From an uncultured delta proteobacterium (GTDB lineage: Bacteria > Desulfobacterota > Binatia > Binatales > Binataceae), in assembly GCA_963724765.1 (NCBI GenBank), contig CAVRVY010000003.1, positions 384,001-448,000 on the forward strand: a stretch of 64,000 nt of DNA, written 5' to 3'. Below, piece by piece: positions 10,368 through 19,422 of the stretch (position 1 is the first letter of the stretch; every line of letters begins with the position of its first letter). A program made the position numbers and the translations under genes. The notes beneath the pieces are model-generated. The model was given only the letters and a program-made list of their open reading frames with translations. It made no database searches and had not been told where the DNA came from.

Positions 10368-10676
10368 ATGGGACCGCCACTTCTGCTCCTGCTGATGCTG
10401 GCCACAGCAGTGGTCCCCCATATTGCATGGGCGCAGCCTACGTCCGAAGCTACCCCGCAGAGCAATGCGACGGTCTCTCAAGCAACGGTGGGCGCAGGGC
10501 GCGCGGTCGTCAGGACCCCTGAGGACATTGCGCGGGATCGCAATATTGTGCCGCGGGACGGTACGGCTCGCGAGGTTCCGATCCATCCCACAATCCCGCA
10601 GGATCGCTACCTGAAGTTGAAACAGGGAAGCGCTCAGAGCGCGCCGGATGACCAGAACGGCCCAGCTCGAAAGTGA
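10368..10676 (+). CDS. Small secreted protein resembling the N-terminal pro-region of the RWGDY proteins
   Basis: ATG 10368; signal ...LLLLLMLATAVVPHIAWA-Q; RTPEDIARD and PTIPQDRYLKLK match RTPEAIAAD and PTIPQQQYAALK of 8368..10002. Confidence 0.7.
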   Translation: MGPPLLLLLMLATAVVPHIAWAQPTSEATPQSNATVSQATVGAGRAVVRTPEDIARDRNIVPRDGTAREVPIHPTIPQDRYLKLKQGSAQSAPDDQNGPARK

Positions 10677-10788
10677 GACTTCCTATCTACGTCGCGGACC
10701 ACGCGCAGCGGAGGCGAATCGAAGGGGGCGGCTAAGCTGCGATATAAAGACGCGAACTAAAGATGCGCGCCAGGTTCGAGCCGGGCTG

Positions 10789-11061
10789 CTAGTGACCCCG
10801 CGTCCCGCAGGTCCCGCATCCGCTGGCGCATCCTCCGGCCGCCGCATCCTTCTCGGGTGGCGGGCCGAAGTAGTAGCCCTCTTGTTCGAGCTCGCCGGCC
10901 TTGACCCAGCGCACCGGCGCTCCTATCTCCGTATCGCAATGCACACAGCACCTGCGCTCGCGATCGCCGTCATCGAGGGTTACATGCACCAGCACGACGC
11001 GCTCGCAGGCGGCGCAATGCGCGGTGGGAAAACTCGACGCATTGAGCGACAAATCCTTCAT
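10789..11061 (-). CDS. Small Cys-rich (zinc-ribbon-like) protein
   Basis: CAAC...CCVHC and C-terminal GGCASGCGTCG in 90 aa. Confidence 0.65.
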   Translation of the reverse strand: MKDLSLNASSFPTAHCAACERVVLVHVTLDDGDRERRCCVHCDTEIGAPVRWVKAGELEQEGYYFGPPPEKDAAAGGCASGCGTCGTRGH

Positions 11062-11093
11062 CGTAAAGACGAGTCCTTCATCGTCAAGCCGAT
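11054..11093. repeat. 20-bp tandem duplication spanning a start codon
   Basis: TCCTTCATCGTAAAGACGAG / TCCTTCATCGTCAAGCCGAT (17/20); each copy reads ATGAAGGA on the minus strand. Confidence 0.75.
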
Positions 11094-11212
11094 GCCGTGT
11101 ATAGCAAGTGGCCGTGAGGTAGTCTAATCCTCCTCCGCCGCCGGATCATCACCGGCAGAGCGGAATACGCGCGGCGCAATCTCGCAGTGGAATTACGCGC
11201 CATAGAATTGCA

Positions 11213-11572
11213 ATGGACTGGAAGGACTCATGGCTATGGATTTCCGCGCTGCTCGGCATCGCCGGCGGGGTCACGATGTTCCTCCCGTTCGGGCGGGTGC
11301 TGAAATGGCGCGCGCGGATGCTGGAGCGGATGGAAGGTGCGCCCAACCGGACGGCGCTTTCGATAGGGATGGAGGCGGGAACGCTGGGATGGGCGGTTGC
11401 GGGAGCGATCGTATTCCTGTTCCTGCCTACGCTGCTGCTGCCGCACGGGACCGGAATCGCCTACCTGGCCGGCTTTATGATCGGGATGAGCTACAAGCGG
11501 CCGCGCTTCAATCGCCAGATGGAAGCGATCGGGCTTGCGCCGCACGCCACCCGCCGCCGCCCGGGCGTGTGA
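11213..11572 (+). CDS. Hypothetical small membrane protein (about 3 TM)
   Basis: Three hydrophobic segments, ATG start, typical codon usage. Confidence 0.6.
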   Translation: MDWKDSWLWISALLGIAGGVTMFLPFGRVLKWRARMLERMEGAPNRTALSIGMEAGTLGWAVAGAIVFLFLPTLLLPHGTGIAYLAGFMIGMSYKRPRFNRQMEAIGLAPHATRRRPGV

Positions 11573-11617
11573 CTCAAGACACTGGTTGAGAGAGGCCCTC
11601 GGGGCGATCCGACGATC

Positions 11618-13075
11618 CTAAGCGTGCACGCTCGGATGGCGATCCGCCCATGGCGCGGCCTGCTCGAGCTGCGCCGCCAGCCGCAACAGCAAGTCCTCGC
11701 GTCCGTAAGCCGCGACGAACTGGACGCCTACCGGCTCCCCGTCGGGCGTCATGTGCAGTGGCAGTGAGATGGCCGGCTGGCCTGCGATGTTCCACGGCGC
11801 GGTAAACGGGCTGACCTCGTTGAGCCGCACGCCTACGTTGCGCGGATGCTCGCCGGCGCGAACCTTGAAAATTCCCAGCTCCGGCGCCGGCCGCGCCATC
11901 GTCGGCGTCACCAGCACGTCGAAGCCGCCGCTCCACCATCCGGCCGCCGCGCGCGAGAAGTGGTTGAACCATTCGCACGCGGCCAGATAATCGACCAGCT
12001 TCAGCCGCCGGCCGCGCTCGACCAGGAACCATGTCCATTCGTCGAAATCGTCGGCGCCGACCGCGCGACCGAGCATCGTCTCGACCACCGCGGCCTGCCG
12101 CGCGACGCCGCCGGCGACGACTCTGCCGAAGGCGGAACTCAGCGTGGCGTCGTCGAGCGCCGCGGGGAAATTCGGCTCGACCTTGTGGCCCAGCGACTCC
12201 AGCAATTTTGCCGCGCCGCGCACCCCCGCCGCGCACTCCGGATGGAGCCCCGGATGAGACAGCGGGGCGCGGTCCATGAAGCCGATTCGCAACCGCCCGG
12301 GCGCCTGGCCAACCTCATCGCGGAACCGACGCGAGGGCGGCGGCGCCATCCACGGATCGCCCGGCATATAGCCCGCGATAACGTCCAGCGCGGCGGCGGC
12401 GTCGCGCACCGTGCGCACCAGCGCGCCCTCTTCACACAAGCCATGCCAGAACTCGGCGTGCGCGGGCCCGAGCGAGGTCCGGCCGCGCGAACCCTTGAGC
12501 CCGACCAATCCGCAGAAGGAGGCGGGAATCCGCACCGATCCGCCGGCGTCGTTGCCGTGCGCAATCGGGACGATGCCCGAGGCGACCGCGGCAGCCGCGC
12601 CGCCACTCGACCCGCCCGCGATCCGCGCCGTGTTCCACGGATTGCGCGTCGCGCCCCATGCGCGCGTCTCGGTCGAGAGCGTCGCGCCCCACTCAGGCAC
12701 CGTGCTCTGCGCCAGCGTTATCAGACCGGCCGCGCGAAACTTCGCCGCCACGTACGAGGTCGACGGCGCGACCATTTTAGCGTCCTTGAACGCTTTCCAG
12801 CCCCAGCTAAACGGCTCGCCCTCCGTGCTCTGGAGCAGGTCCTTCATAAGGAACGGTACGCCGCGGAAAATGCCGGCGGGGATGGCGTCGCGGTCGCGCG
12901 CTTCGGCGCGCGCCTTGTCGTAGCGGGCAAAGATGACGCAGTTGAGTTGCGGATTCAGCCGCTCGATCCGCGCTATCGCGGCCTCGGCCAATTCCGCCGG
13001 CGTCACCGCACCCTTGGCGACGAGTTCGGCCTGCGCGGTCGCATCGAGCCAGGTAAGTTCATCGTTGCCGCTCAT
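11618..13075 (-). CDS. Amidase signature family enzyme
   Basis: GVPFLMKDL, TRNPWN, GGSSGGAAAAVA, GNDAGGSVRIPAS, GLKGSRGR. Start at MSGNDEL (13075). Confidence 0.93.
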   Translation of the reverse strand: MSGNDELTWLDATAQAELVAKGAVTPAELAEAAIARIERLNPQLNCVIFARYDKARAEARDRDAIPAGIFRGVPFLMKDLLQSTEGEPFSWGWKAFKDAKMVAPSTSYVAAKFRAAGLITLAQSTVPEWGATLSTETRAWGATRNPWNTARIAGGSSGGAAAAVASGIVPIAHGNDAGGSVRIPASFCGLVGLKGSRGRTSLGPAHAEFWHGLCEEGALVRTVRDAAAALDVIAGYMPGDPWMAPPPSRRFRDEVGQAPGRLRIGFMDRAPLSHPGLHPECAAGVRGAAKLLESLGHKVEPNFPAALDDATLSSAFGRVVAGGVARQAAVVETMLGRAVGADDFDEWTWFLVERGRRLKLVDYLAACEWFNHFSRAAAGWWSGGFDVLVTPTMARPAPELGIFKVRAGEHPRNVGVRLNEVSPFTAPWNIAGQPAISLPLHMTPDGEPVGVQFVAAYGREDLLLRLAAQLEQAAPWADRHPSVHA

Positions 13076-13143
13076 CTTTGAGATGCCCCTTTCCAGGATT
13101 TTTCCAGAATTTTCAATAATTTCTGATGTCGCCGCCGCGAAAC

Positions 13144-14655
13144 TCACTCGGCCACCGTCTCCGCGGCAATACCCGCGCTGGTGCGCTTCAAGAGCATGCA
13201 CCAGGGCGCGAGCAAAAGTATAACAATCGCGAGCACCCGGTAGACGTCGTTGTACGCGAGCAACCAGGCCTGCGACGCTGCGGTCGCGGCGACGAGATGC
13301 TTCGCGGGGGCCGAAACCGGCGATGCGATCAAATGCGCCAGGTGAACCTTATGGCGCGTAGCCAGAAGATTGGTCGACGCCGCGATGCCGGTGGCCGCGC
13401 CGATATTCACCATCATGCTGAACAGGCTGGAGGCGAAGCCCATCCGCTCGCGCCGGATCTGGCCGAGCCCGACCGCGGTGACCGTCGGAAACACCGAGCC
13501 CAGCCCCAAGCCGAAGAAAAAGATCGGCCACAGCACCGCGCTCATGCTGATGGCGAGGCCCCAGTGCGACATGCGCCAGACCTCGTACGCGCCGAGCACG
13601 AAGCCGCCGGCGACGATCGGGCGCATATCGGTGCCGCGTCGCGAAAGCTGGCCCACCGCCAGCAGCGCGATTACGACGCCGATTCCGCGCGGCGCCACCG
13701 CGAGGCCCGCCTTCCACGCGTCGTAGCCGAGCAGCGTCTCCATGAACAGCGGGTTCAGCAGGTTGATGCTGAACAGCGCCAGCGCCTGGAACGAAATGAT
13801 CAGCACGGCGAGCGTGAAGCCGAAAATCTTGAGCATCCGGAAATCGATGATCGGTTCGGGAAAGCGCAACTCGTGGAATACGAGCGCGACCGTCGAAAGC
13901 GCGGACAACACGCAGGCGTAACGCACCCACGGCGCCGCGAACCATCCCGCGCGTCCGCCGACGGCGAGCACGATCTGGAACAGTCCCAGCGCCACGGCGA
14001 CGAGGATTATCCCGAAATAGTCGATACGGCCGCTGCCGCGCTGGCGGCGCAGGTAGGGCGGATCGTGCACGAACGCATACACCATCAGCATCGCGACCAC
14101 GCCGGTCGGCACGTTGATGAAAAAGATCCAGCGCCAGCTCCAGTTGAGCGTGATCCAGCCGCCCAGCGTGGGGCCGAGAACCGGTGCCGCCATCAGGCCC
14201 ATCCCGAACGTCGTCATCGCGAGCGTATGCTCGTCGGGCGGAAAGGTTTCGATCAGGATCGCCTGCGACAGCGGAATCATCGCGGCCCCAGCCGCACCCT
14301 GGAGCAGGCGGAAAATCACCATCTCGCCAACGCTCCCGGCCAGCCCGCACATCGCGGAGGTAGCCGCGAACATCAGCACCGAGGCGAGGAAATAGCGCTT
14401 GCGCCCGAAGCGCACCGCGCACCATCCGGTCATCGGAATCGTCACGCTGACCGCGACCAGGTAGCTCGTGAGCACCCAAGTGATCTGGTCGACGTCGGCG
14501 GCGAAACTCTTTTGCATATATGGCAGCGAGACGTTGACGATCGACGCGTCGAGCACCGTCATGACCGCGCCGATCATCACCGCCCCCGCGACCAGCCATT
14601 TTTGAACGGCCAGCGGATGCGCTGCGGCGCCCGCCTCGAGCGAAGGGGTTGCCAT
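13144..14655 (-). CDS. DHA2 (EmrB/QacA) family MFS efflux permease
   Basis: LDASIVNVSLP, WVLTSYLVA, RFGRKR, RLLQG, APVLGPTLGGW, WRWIFFINVP; 14-TM pattern. Confidence 0.92.
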   Translation of the reverse strand: MATPSLEAGAAAHPLAVQKWLVAGAVMIGAVMTVLDASIVNVSLPYMQKSFAADVDQITWVLTSYLVAVSVTIPMTGWCAVRFGRKRYFLASVLMFAATSAMCGLAGSVGEMVIFRLLQGAAGAAMIPLSQAILIETFPPDEHTLAMTTFGMGLMAAPVLGPTLGGWITLNWSWRWIFFINVPTGVVAMLMVYAFVHDPPYLRRQRGSGRIDYFGIILVAVALGLFQIVLAVGGRAGWFAAPWVRYACVLSALSTVALVFHELRFPEPIIDFRMLKIFGFTLAVLIISFQALALFSINLLNPLFMETLLGYDAWKAGLAVAPRGIGVVIALLAVGQLSRRGTDMRPIVAGGFVLGAYEVWRMSHWGLAISMSAVLWPIFFFGLGLGSVFPTVTAVGLGQIRRERMGFASSLFSMMVNIGAATGIAASTNLLATRHKVHLAHLIASPVSAPAKHLVAATAASQAWLLAYNDVYRVLAIVILLLAPWCMLLKRTSAGIAAETVAE

Positions 14656-14691
14656 GAGTCAGAGACCGCGGGCCCGAATCAACCTCGCCGC

Positions 14692-15804
14692 CTAGCCCAG
14701 GTTGCCCGGGTCGAGGCGGTCGCGCAGATGATCGCCGAGAAAGTTGAACGACATCACGGTCAGGAAAATGAAAACACCGGGGATAAGAATCCACGGATAG
14801 CGCGCGAGGTTTTGCACGTCCTGCGCCTGCGCCAATAGATTGCCCCAGCTCGCGGCCGGCTCCTGGATGCCCAGGCCGAGCAGCGAGAGTGCGCTCTCGC
14901 CGAGGATGAAACCGGGAATCGACAGCGTCGCGGCCACGATCGCGTAGCCGAGCACCGACGGGATGACGTGAAGGAAGATTATCCGCGTGCGCGAGGCGCC
15001 CAACGCACGCGCCGCCTCGACGTAGGGGCGCGAGCGCACCGAGGCCGCCATCCCGCGGATGATCCGGGCGAAGCCGGCCCAGCTGATGAAGCTCATGATC
15101 GCGACGATCGTGAAAAAAGTCATCACCGGGCTCACGCCCGAAGGAATCACCGCGGCCAGCGCGAGCAGGAAATAAAACGACGGCAGCGACATCTCGATCT
15201 CCGACCAGCGCATGATCAGATTGTCGGTAAGCCCGCCGACATAGCCCGAAAACGCGCCCACCACGATGCCGAGCGAGAAAGTGATCAACACGCCGATAAG
15301 GCCGACGCACATACTGACGCGCGCGCCGTATACGATGCGCGAGAAGAGGTCGCGGCCCAGCCCGTCGCTGCCCATGATGAAGTACGGCTCGTCCGCCGAC
15401 TCGGTGGTGAAGAGATGGCCGTGATGGAAAACCCGCAGATAGGTCTTGCGCGAGCGGTCGGGGGTGAAGATGCGCGCCGCCGCGTCGCTCATCCGCATCG
15501 GATGGGCGTAGAAAAATCCGTGCGCCCACTCGGCCGGCCGCGCCAAATGCAGATGCATCGGCGGACAGTCGGGCAGGTCGCGATATTGGCGGATCGGATC
15601 GTAAGGCGCGACCAGGGGAGAGGCGGCGGCGAAGAAATAGAACAGCAGCAGGCAGCTAACCGAGAGCCGCACTACCCACGAGGCGCGGCGCCACTCGCAG
15701 CCAAGGCCGTCCAGCAGCGCGCGCGCGCGCCACGCGCGCGCGGCCGGCAGACCGGACGGGGCGTAGTTGTTCGGGATCGTCGCCTGGGAAGCCGGCATGC
15801 TCAA
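14692..15804 (-). CDS. ABC peptide/nickel transporter permease (OppC/DppC type)
   Basis: GSDGLGRDLFSRIVYGARVS, YVEAARALGAS, GESALSLLGLG, FNFLGDHLRD. Confidence 0.92.
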   Translation of the reverse strand: MSMPASQATIPNNYAPSGLPAARAWRARALLDGLGCEWRRASWVVRLSVSCLLLFYFFAAASPLVAPYDPIRQYRDLPDCPPMHLHLARPAEWAHGFFYAHPMRMSDAAARIFTPDRSRKTYLRVFHHGHLFTTESADEPYFIMGSDGLGRDLFSRIVYGARVSMCVGLIGVLITFSLGIVVGAFSGYVGGLTDNLIMRWSEIEMSLPSFYFLLALAAVIPSGVSPVMTFFTIVAIMSFISWAGFARIIRGMAASVRSRPYVEAARALGASRTRIIFLHVIPSVLGYAIVAATLSIPGFILGESALSLLGLGIQEPAASWGNLLAQAQDVQNLARYPWILIPGVFIFLTVMSFNFLGDHLRDRLDPGNLG

Positions 15805-16781
15805 TCCGCGCTAAGCCCGGAGAAATCGACACGCGGGTCCACCATCACCAGCGCGATATCGGCCAGCAGATTGCCCAGCAACAGCAGTACGGTGCCCATC
15901 AGCACCGAGCCCATCACCAGGTAAATGTCGAGCGAGCGCACCGCGTCGAGCAGCAGCAGGCCCAGTCCCTGCAGGTTCATCACCGCCTCGATCAGCGCCG
16001 CGCCACCGAGCAGGTCGGCAAGGCCATAGCCGGCCAGCGTGACGAAGGGATTGAGCGCGTTGCGCAGCACGTGCTTGTACATCACGACGCGTTCCGGCAG
16101 GCCCTTGGCGCGCGCCGTGCGCACGAACTCGGAATTCTTGATCTCGAGAATTTGCGAGCGCATCAGACGCATCAGCGACGCCATCCCCGCCACGCCCAGC
16201 ACGAACACCGGCAGAATGAGATGGTTGATACGGTCGGCGATACGGCCCCAGGTGTTGAGGCTCTCATAGTAAGGCGAAAAGGTTGCGCCGACCGGGAACC
16301 ATCCGGTGCGCAGTGCCAGGTACATCATCAGGAAGGCGAGAAAAAAGTTTGGCACCGACATCCCGAAGAACGCCACGAACGACAGCACGCGGTCCCAGAT
16401 CGAGTTCTGCTTGACCGCGACGACGATCCCGATCGGAATCGCGACGACCCATGCGAAGATCATGGCCGCCAGCGCCAGGATGACGGTGTTGAACGCGCGC
16501 GCGGCGATGAGTGAGGTCACGTTGACCCGGTAGCTCATCGAAATCCCGAGATTCAGATGAATCACCTGCCAGAGCCACTTCGCGTAACGCACCATGAGCG
16601 GCTGATCGAGGCCGAACTGCGCCTCCATCTGCCGGATCACCTGGGGCGAGATGGCCGGGTTGAGCTTGAGGTTGGTGAGGAAGTTGCCCGGCGCGAGCGA
16701 CATCACCAGGAATGACAGGAACGTGATCCCGATGATCAGCGGGATCATGTTGAGCAGGCGCTTTATCAGGAACCTGGCCAT
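15801..16781 (-). CDS. ABC peptide/nickel transporter permease (OppB/DppB type)
   Basis: FGLDQP, FVRTARAKGL, KHVLRNAL, NLLADI...DPR. Confidence 0.93.
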   Translation of the reverse strand: MARFLIKRLLNMIPLIIGITFLSFLVMSLAPGNFLTNLKLNPAISPQVIRQMEAQFGLDQPLMVRYAKWLWQVIHLNLGISMSYRVNVTSLIAARAFNTVILALAAMIFAWVVAIPIGIVVAVKQNSIWDRVLSFVAFFGMSVPNFFLAFLMMYLALRTGWFPVGATFSPYYESLNTWGRIADRINHLILPVFVLGVAGMASLMRLMRSQILEIKNSEFVRTARAKGLPERVVMYKHVLRNALNPFVTLAGYGLADLLGGAALIEAVMNLQGLGLLLLDAVRSLDIYLVMGSVLMGTVLLLLGNLLADIALVMVDPRVDFSGLSAD

Positions 16782-16799
16782 CGCTTGTGCGGCGGGCGG

Positions 16800-18500
16800 T
16801 TACTCGGGCCGGAACTCGATCCACTCGGGCTTGTAATTGCCCCATACCGTGGGCTGGAAATTCTCCAGCGTGTTCTTCCACGCCTCGTAGCGCACCTGGC
16901 GCACCGTCTCGATGATCGGCAGTTGCTGGTACAGGATTTCCTGGATGCGCCAGTAGTACGGCGCGCGTTTCAGCGGATCCATCACCATCGTGCCCTGTTC
17001 GAGCAGTTGATCGATCTCGGCCTCCCACGGCGTGGCCGGCTTGGGCTCCTTTGGGTACCACAGGTGCAGGGCGCCCGACGAGCGCAGGAAGTCGGCGCCG
17101 TTGTTAGGCTCGATCCCGCCGGTAAAGCCGATCAGTACCACGTCCCAGTCGTAGGTGGAGTCGAGTTTGTCGACCAGCGTAGTGAATTCCAGCGGCCGGT
17201 AATTGACCTTGATGCCGATGCGCAAGAGGTCCTGCTGCAGGATGACGCACATCTCGTCGCGCACGTTCACGCCGGTGTTGGTCGCGAGGTTGAACTCCAG
17301 CCGATTGCCCTGCGGGTCGAAGCGCACCCCACCCTTGAGGTGGTAGCCAGCCTGCTCCAGCAGGTCGCCCGCTTCCTTGAGATTGTAGTCGTAGTCCTTG
17401 AGATTGGGATTGTGGAAAATCTTGTTGGCGGGCGAGGTGTCGGAGACCGCCGGCACGGCGAGTCCGTGAAAGCAGAGATTGATCATTCCCTGCTTGTCGA
17501 CGGCGTGGGCGATCGCGCGCATGAAGCGGGGGTCCGTGAACCAGCGGTACTTCGGATCGGTCACGCCGTTATGGATGTAATGATTGGGATTGCGGTTGAA
17601 GGCGAAGAACAGCGATCCGGTGTCGATGCCGATTTTCTTGAGCGTGATGCCGAGTTGCTTCTGCTTGTCGCGCAGATCGACGACTTCCTCCGGGCGCGGC
17701 GTGTAGGTGTCGATCTGCCCGGCGAGAAACCGCAGGTACTGGGCGTTGCCGTCGGGCACAATTTGCAGCGTCTCGCCGTGCAGCCGCGGCAGCCGCTCGC
17801 GCTTTTCGTCGCGCATCCAGTAGTCCGGATTGCGGTTGAAACGGACGAACTGCGCCTGGACGTAGCGCGCCATCTCGAACTGCCCTAGGCCGACGATTTT
17901 TTTCGGCGGCGTGTTGATACCCCAGGTGTGATTGAATTTACCGGCCTCGAGCGCCGGCTCGAGCAGATGCGCGGGAATGATCGGCACGCCGATCGCGTAG
18001 AGCAGCGGCGCGAATACCCGCGGCATCGTCATCCGCACCGTGTAGTCATCGAGCGCTTCGACCTTCAGCGGCTTGCCGTCGACGGTGAGGCTGGGCTCCT
18101 CGATGTTGGGCACGCGCGGGTCGTAGATCACGCGCATCGTGAAAACCACGTCGCGCGCGGTGAAGGGCTGCCCGTCGAACCATTTCACCCCGTGGCGCAG
18201 ATGGAACACGATAACTTTACCGCCGTCGCCAAGCTCCCAGCTCTCGGCCAGGCCGGGCTCGGGCAGAGTCGTTATCGGATTGATCCTGACCAGCCCCTCG
18301 AAGAGATCGCCGACCACCTCGCCCGAGGCGTTGTCAGTGACCAGGATCGGATTGAAGGTGCGCGGATCGCTGATGCTCGATTGGTAGAGAATCTGCTCGC
18401 GCTCGTGCTGGCTGGGCGGCTGCTGCACGCGGCATCCGAGCGCCGCCGCGGCGGCGAGTGCGGAGCACAGCAACATCGCGAGCGCGCGGCGAAGACTCAT
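16800..18500 (-). CDS. ABC transporter substrate-binding lipoprotein, family 5 (OppA/DppA/AppA type)
   Basis: Lipobox ALG-C; DPRTFNP, PGLAESWE, FHLRHGVKWFDGQPFTARDVVFT. Start at MSLRR (18500). Confidence 0.92.
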   Translation of the reverse strand: MSLRRALAMLLCSALAAAAALGCRVQQPPSQHEREQILYQSSISDPRTFNPILVTDNASGEVVGDLFEGLVRINPITTLPEPGLAESWELGDGGKVIVFHLRHGVKWFDGQPFTARDVVFTMRVIYDPRVPNIEEPSLTVDGKPLKVEALDDYTVRMTMPRVFAPLLYAIGVPIIPAHLLEPALEAGKFNHTWGINTPPKKIVGLGQFEMARYVQAQFVRFNRNPDYWMRDEKRERLPRLHGETLQIVPDGNAQYLRFLAGQIDTYTPRPEEVVDLRDKQKQLGITLKKIGIDTGSLFFAFNRNPNHYIHNGVTDPKYRWFTDPRFMRAIAHAVDKQGMINLCFHGLAVPAVSDTSPANKIFHNPNLKDYDYNLKEAGDLLEQAGYHLKGGVRFDPQGNRLEFNLATNTGVNVRDEMCVILQQDLLRIGIKVNYRPLEFTTLVDKLDSTYDWDVVLIGFTGGIEPNNGADFLRSSGALHLWYPKEPKPATPWEAEIDQLLEQGTMVMDPLKRAPYYWRIQEILYQQLPIIETVRQVRYEAWKNTLENFQPTVWGNYKPEWIEFRPE

Positions 18501-18510
18501 CGGGAGCGTT

Positions 18511-19422
18511 TCAGCCCGCCGCTCCCGGCGCGGCGCTCGCGCCGGCGTCAATCGAAATCTGCTTGGTGCCCGGCGCCGGCGTCAGCACGAACAGCGCGGG
18601 CGCGAGCGTCGTGTTGAGCGCGGGCGCCTCGTAGCGCAGCGTGACGCGACTTGCGGGAAAGTCGGCCTCGACCTGGTGCGGAAAGTTTATCGCGCCCACG
18701 TCGCGCCACTGGCTATAGCGCACCTCGTAACGCTGGCCCCCTGCGCTGTCCCGCTCGCGCACCATCGCCAACTGCCCGGCGGTGAAACCCAGCTCGCGCG
18801 TGCCGCCATCGCCGAGGCGCCACAGCGCAACCGTCATCCCCTCCGTATCGTTGACCGAGTCGGGCGGCGTGGCAAGTTCAGCCGGGTCCGGCGCGAGGCC
18901 CATCAAAAGATTCACCGCAGCCGGCGGCGCCAGCGGTATACGCACGTAGCGCTCGAGCGTCGCGGCGTTGGCGCCGCCGCTCATCAGGACGTTTTTCGAC
19001 GGGTCGAAGATCATCAGCCGGCCGGCGTCGTCTGCCGCCAGCACCATCGTGGCGCCGAACGGCGCGACTGCCTCGACCCGCATGCTGGCCGGGCGCGCGA
19101 GCGCGATCTCCTCATGGGTGCGGAAGTGATGGCCGTCGGCGGCGCTGTACTCCATTATCGCCCCGCTCTGAATCGAGCGCAGCGATCGCTCGCGATCGGC
19201 GAGCGCCGAGAGCATCGCGGCGCTAGCCGGCGTGACGGAGGCGGGCGCGGCGGACGTCGCTGCGGGTGGCGCACTGGCGGTGAGCGCGCACGCCGAGAGC
19301 TGGCAGGATGCGAGTAACAGAACGGCTGCGCCCGCGGCCGCGCGCCATCTGCGGCACAAGGGCTCCCCGCTCACGCGCAACGGTCCCGCGCGCAACAATT
19401 CAGTGACTGGCGCTGCCGACAT
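18511..19422 (-). CDS. LolA/LolB-fold periplasmic (lipo)protein (DUF4292/LolB-like)
   Basis: Signal with Cys; ARPASMRVEAVAPFG, EVRYSQWR..GAINFPHQV, LNTTLAPALFVL; directly downstream of a TPR lipoprotein gene. Start uncertain. Confidence 0.6.
   Translation of the reverse strand: MSAAPVTELLRAGPLRVSGEPLCRRWRAAAGAAVLLLASCQLSACALTASAPPAATSAAPASVTPASAAMLSALADRERSLRSIQSGAIMEYSAADGHHFRTHEEIALARPASMRVEAVAPFGATMVLAADDAGRLMIFDPSKNVLMSGGANAATLERYVRIPLAPPAAVNLLMGLAPDPAELATPPDSVNDTEGMTVALWRLGDGGTRELGFTAGQLAMVRERDSAGGQRYEVRYSQWRDVGAINFPHQVEADFPASRVTLRYEAPALNTTLAPALFVLTPAPGTKQISIDAGASAAPGAAG

Noticed and set aside
10740-10790. GGTTCGAG as a tRNA T-loop
   Set aside because: No cloverleaf or acceptor stem can be formed around it.
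13126-15529. Long overlapping ORFs (570 aa +, 726 aa -) and similar ones at 41171..42505, 45317..46540 and 50463..52100
   Set aside because: Arg/Ala/Gly-rich shadow frames expected in high-GC DNA; they overlap well-supported genes.
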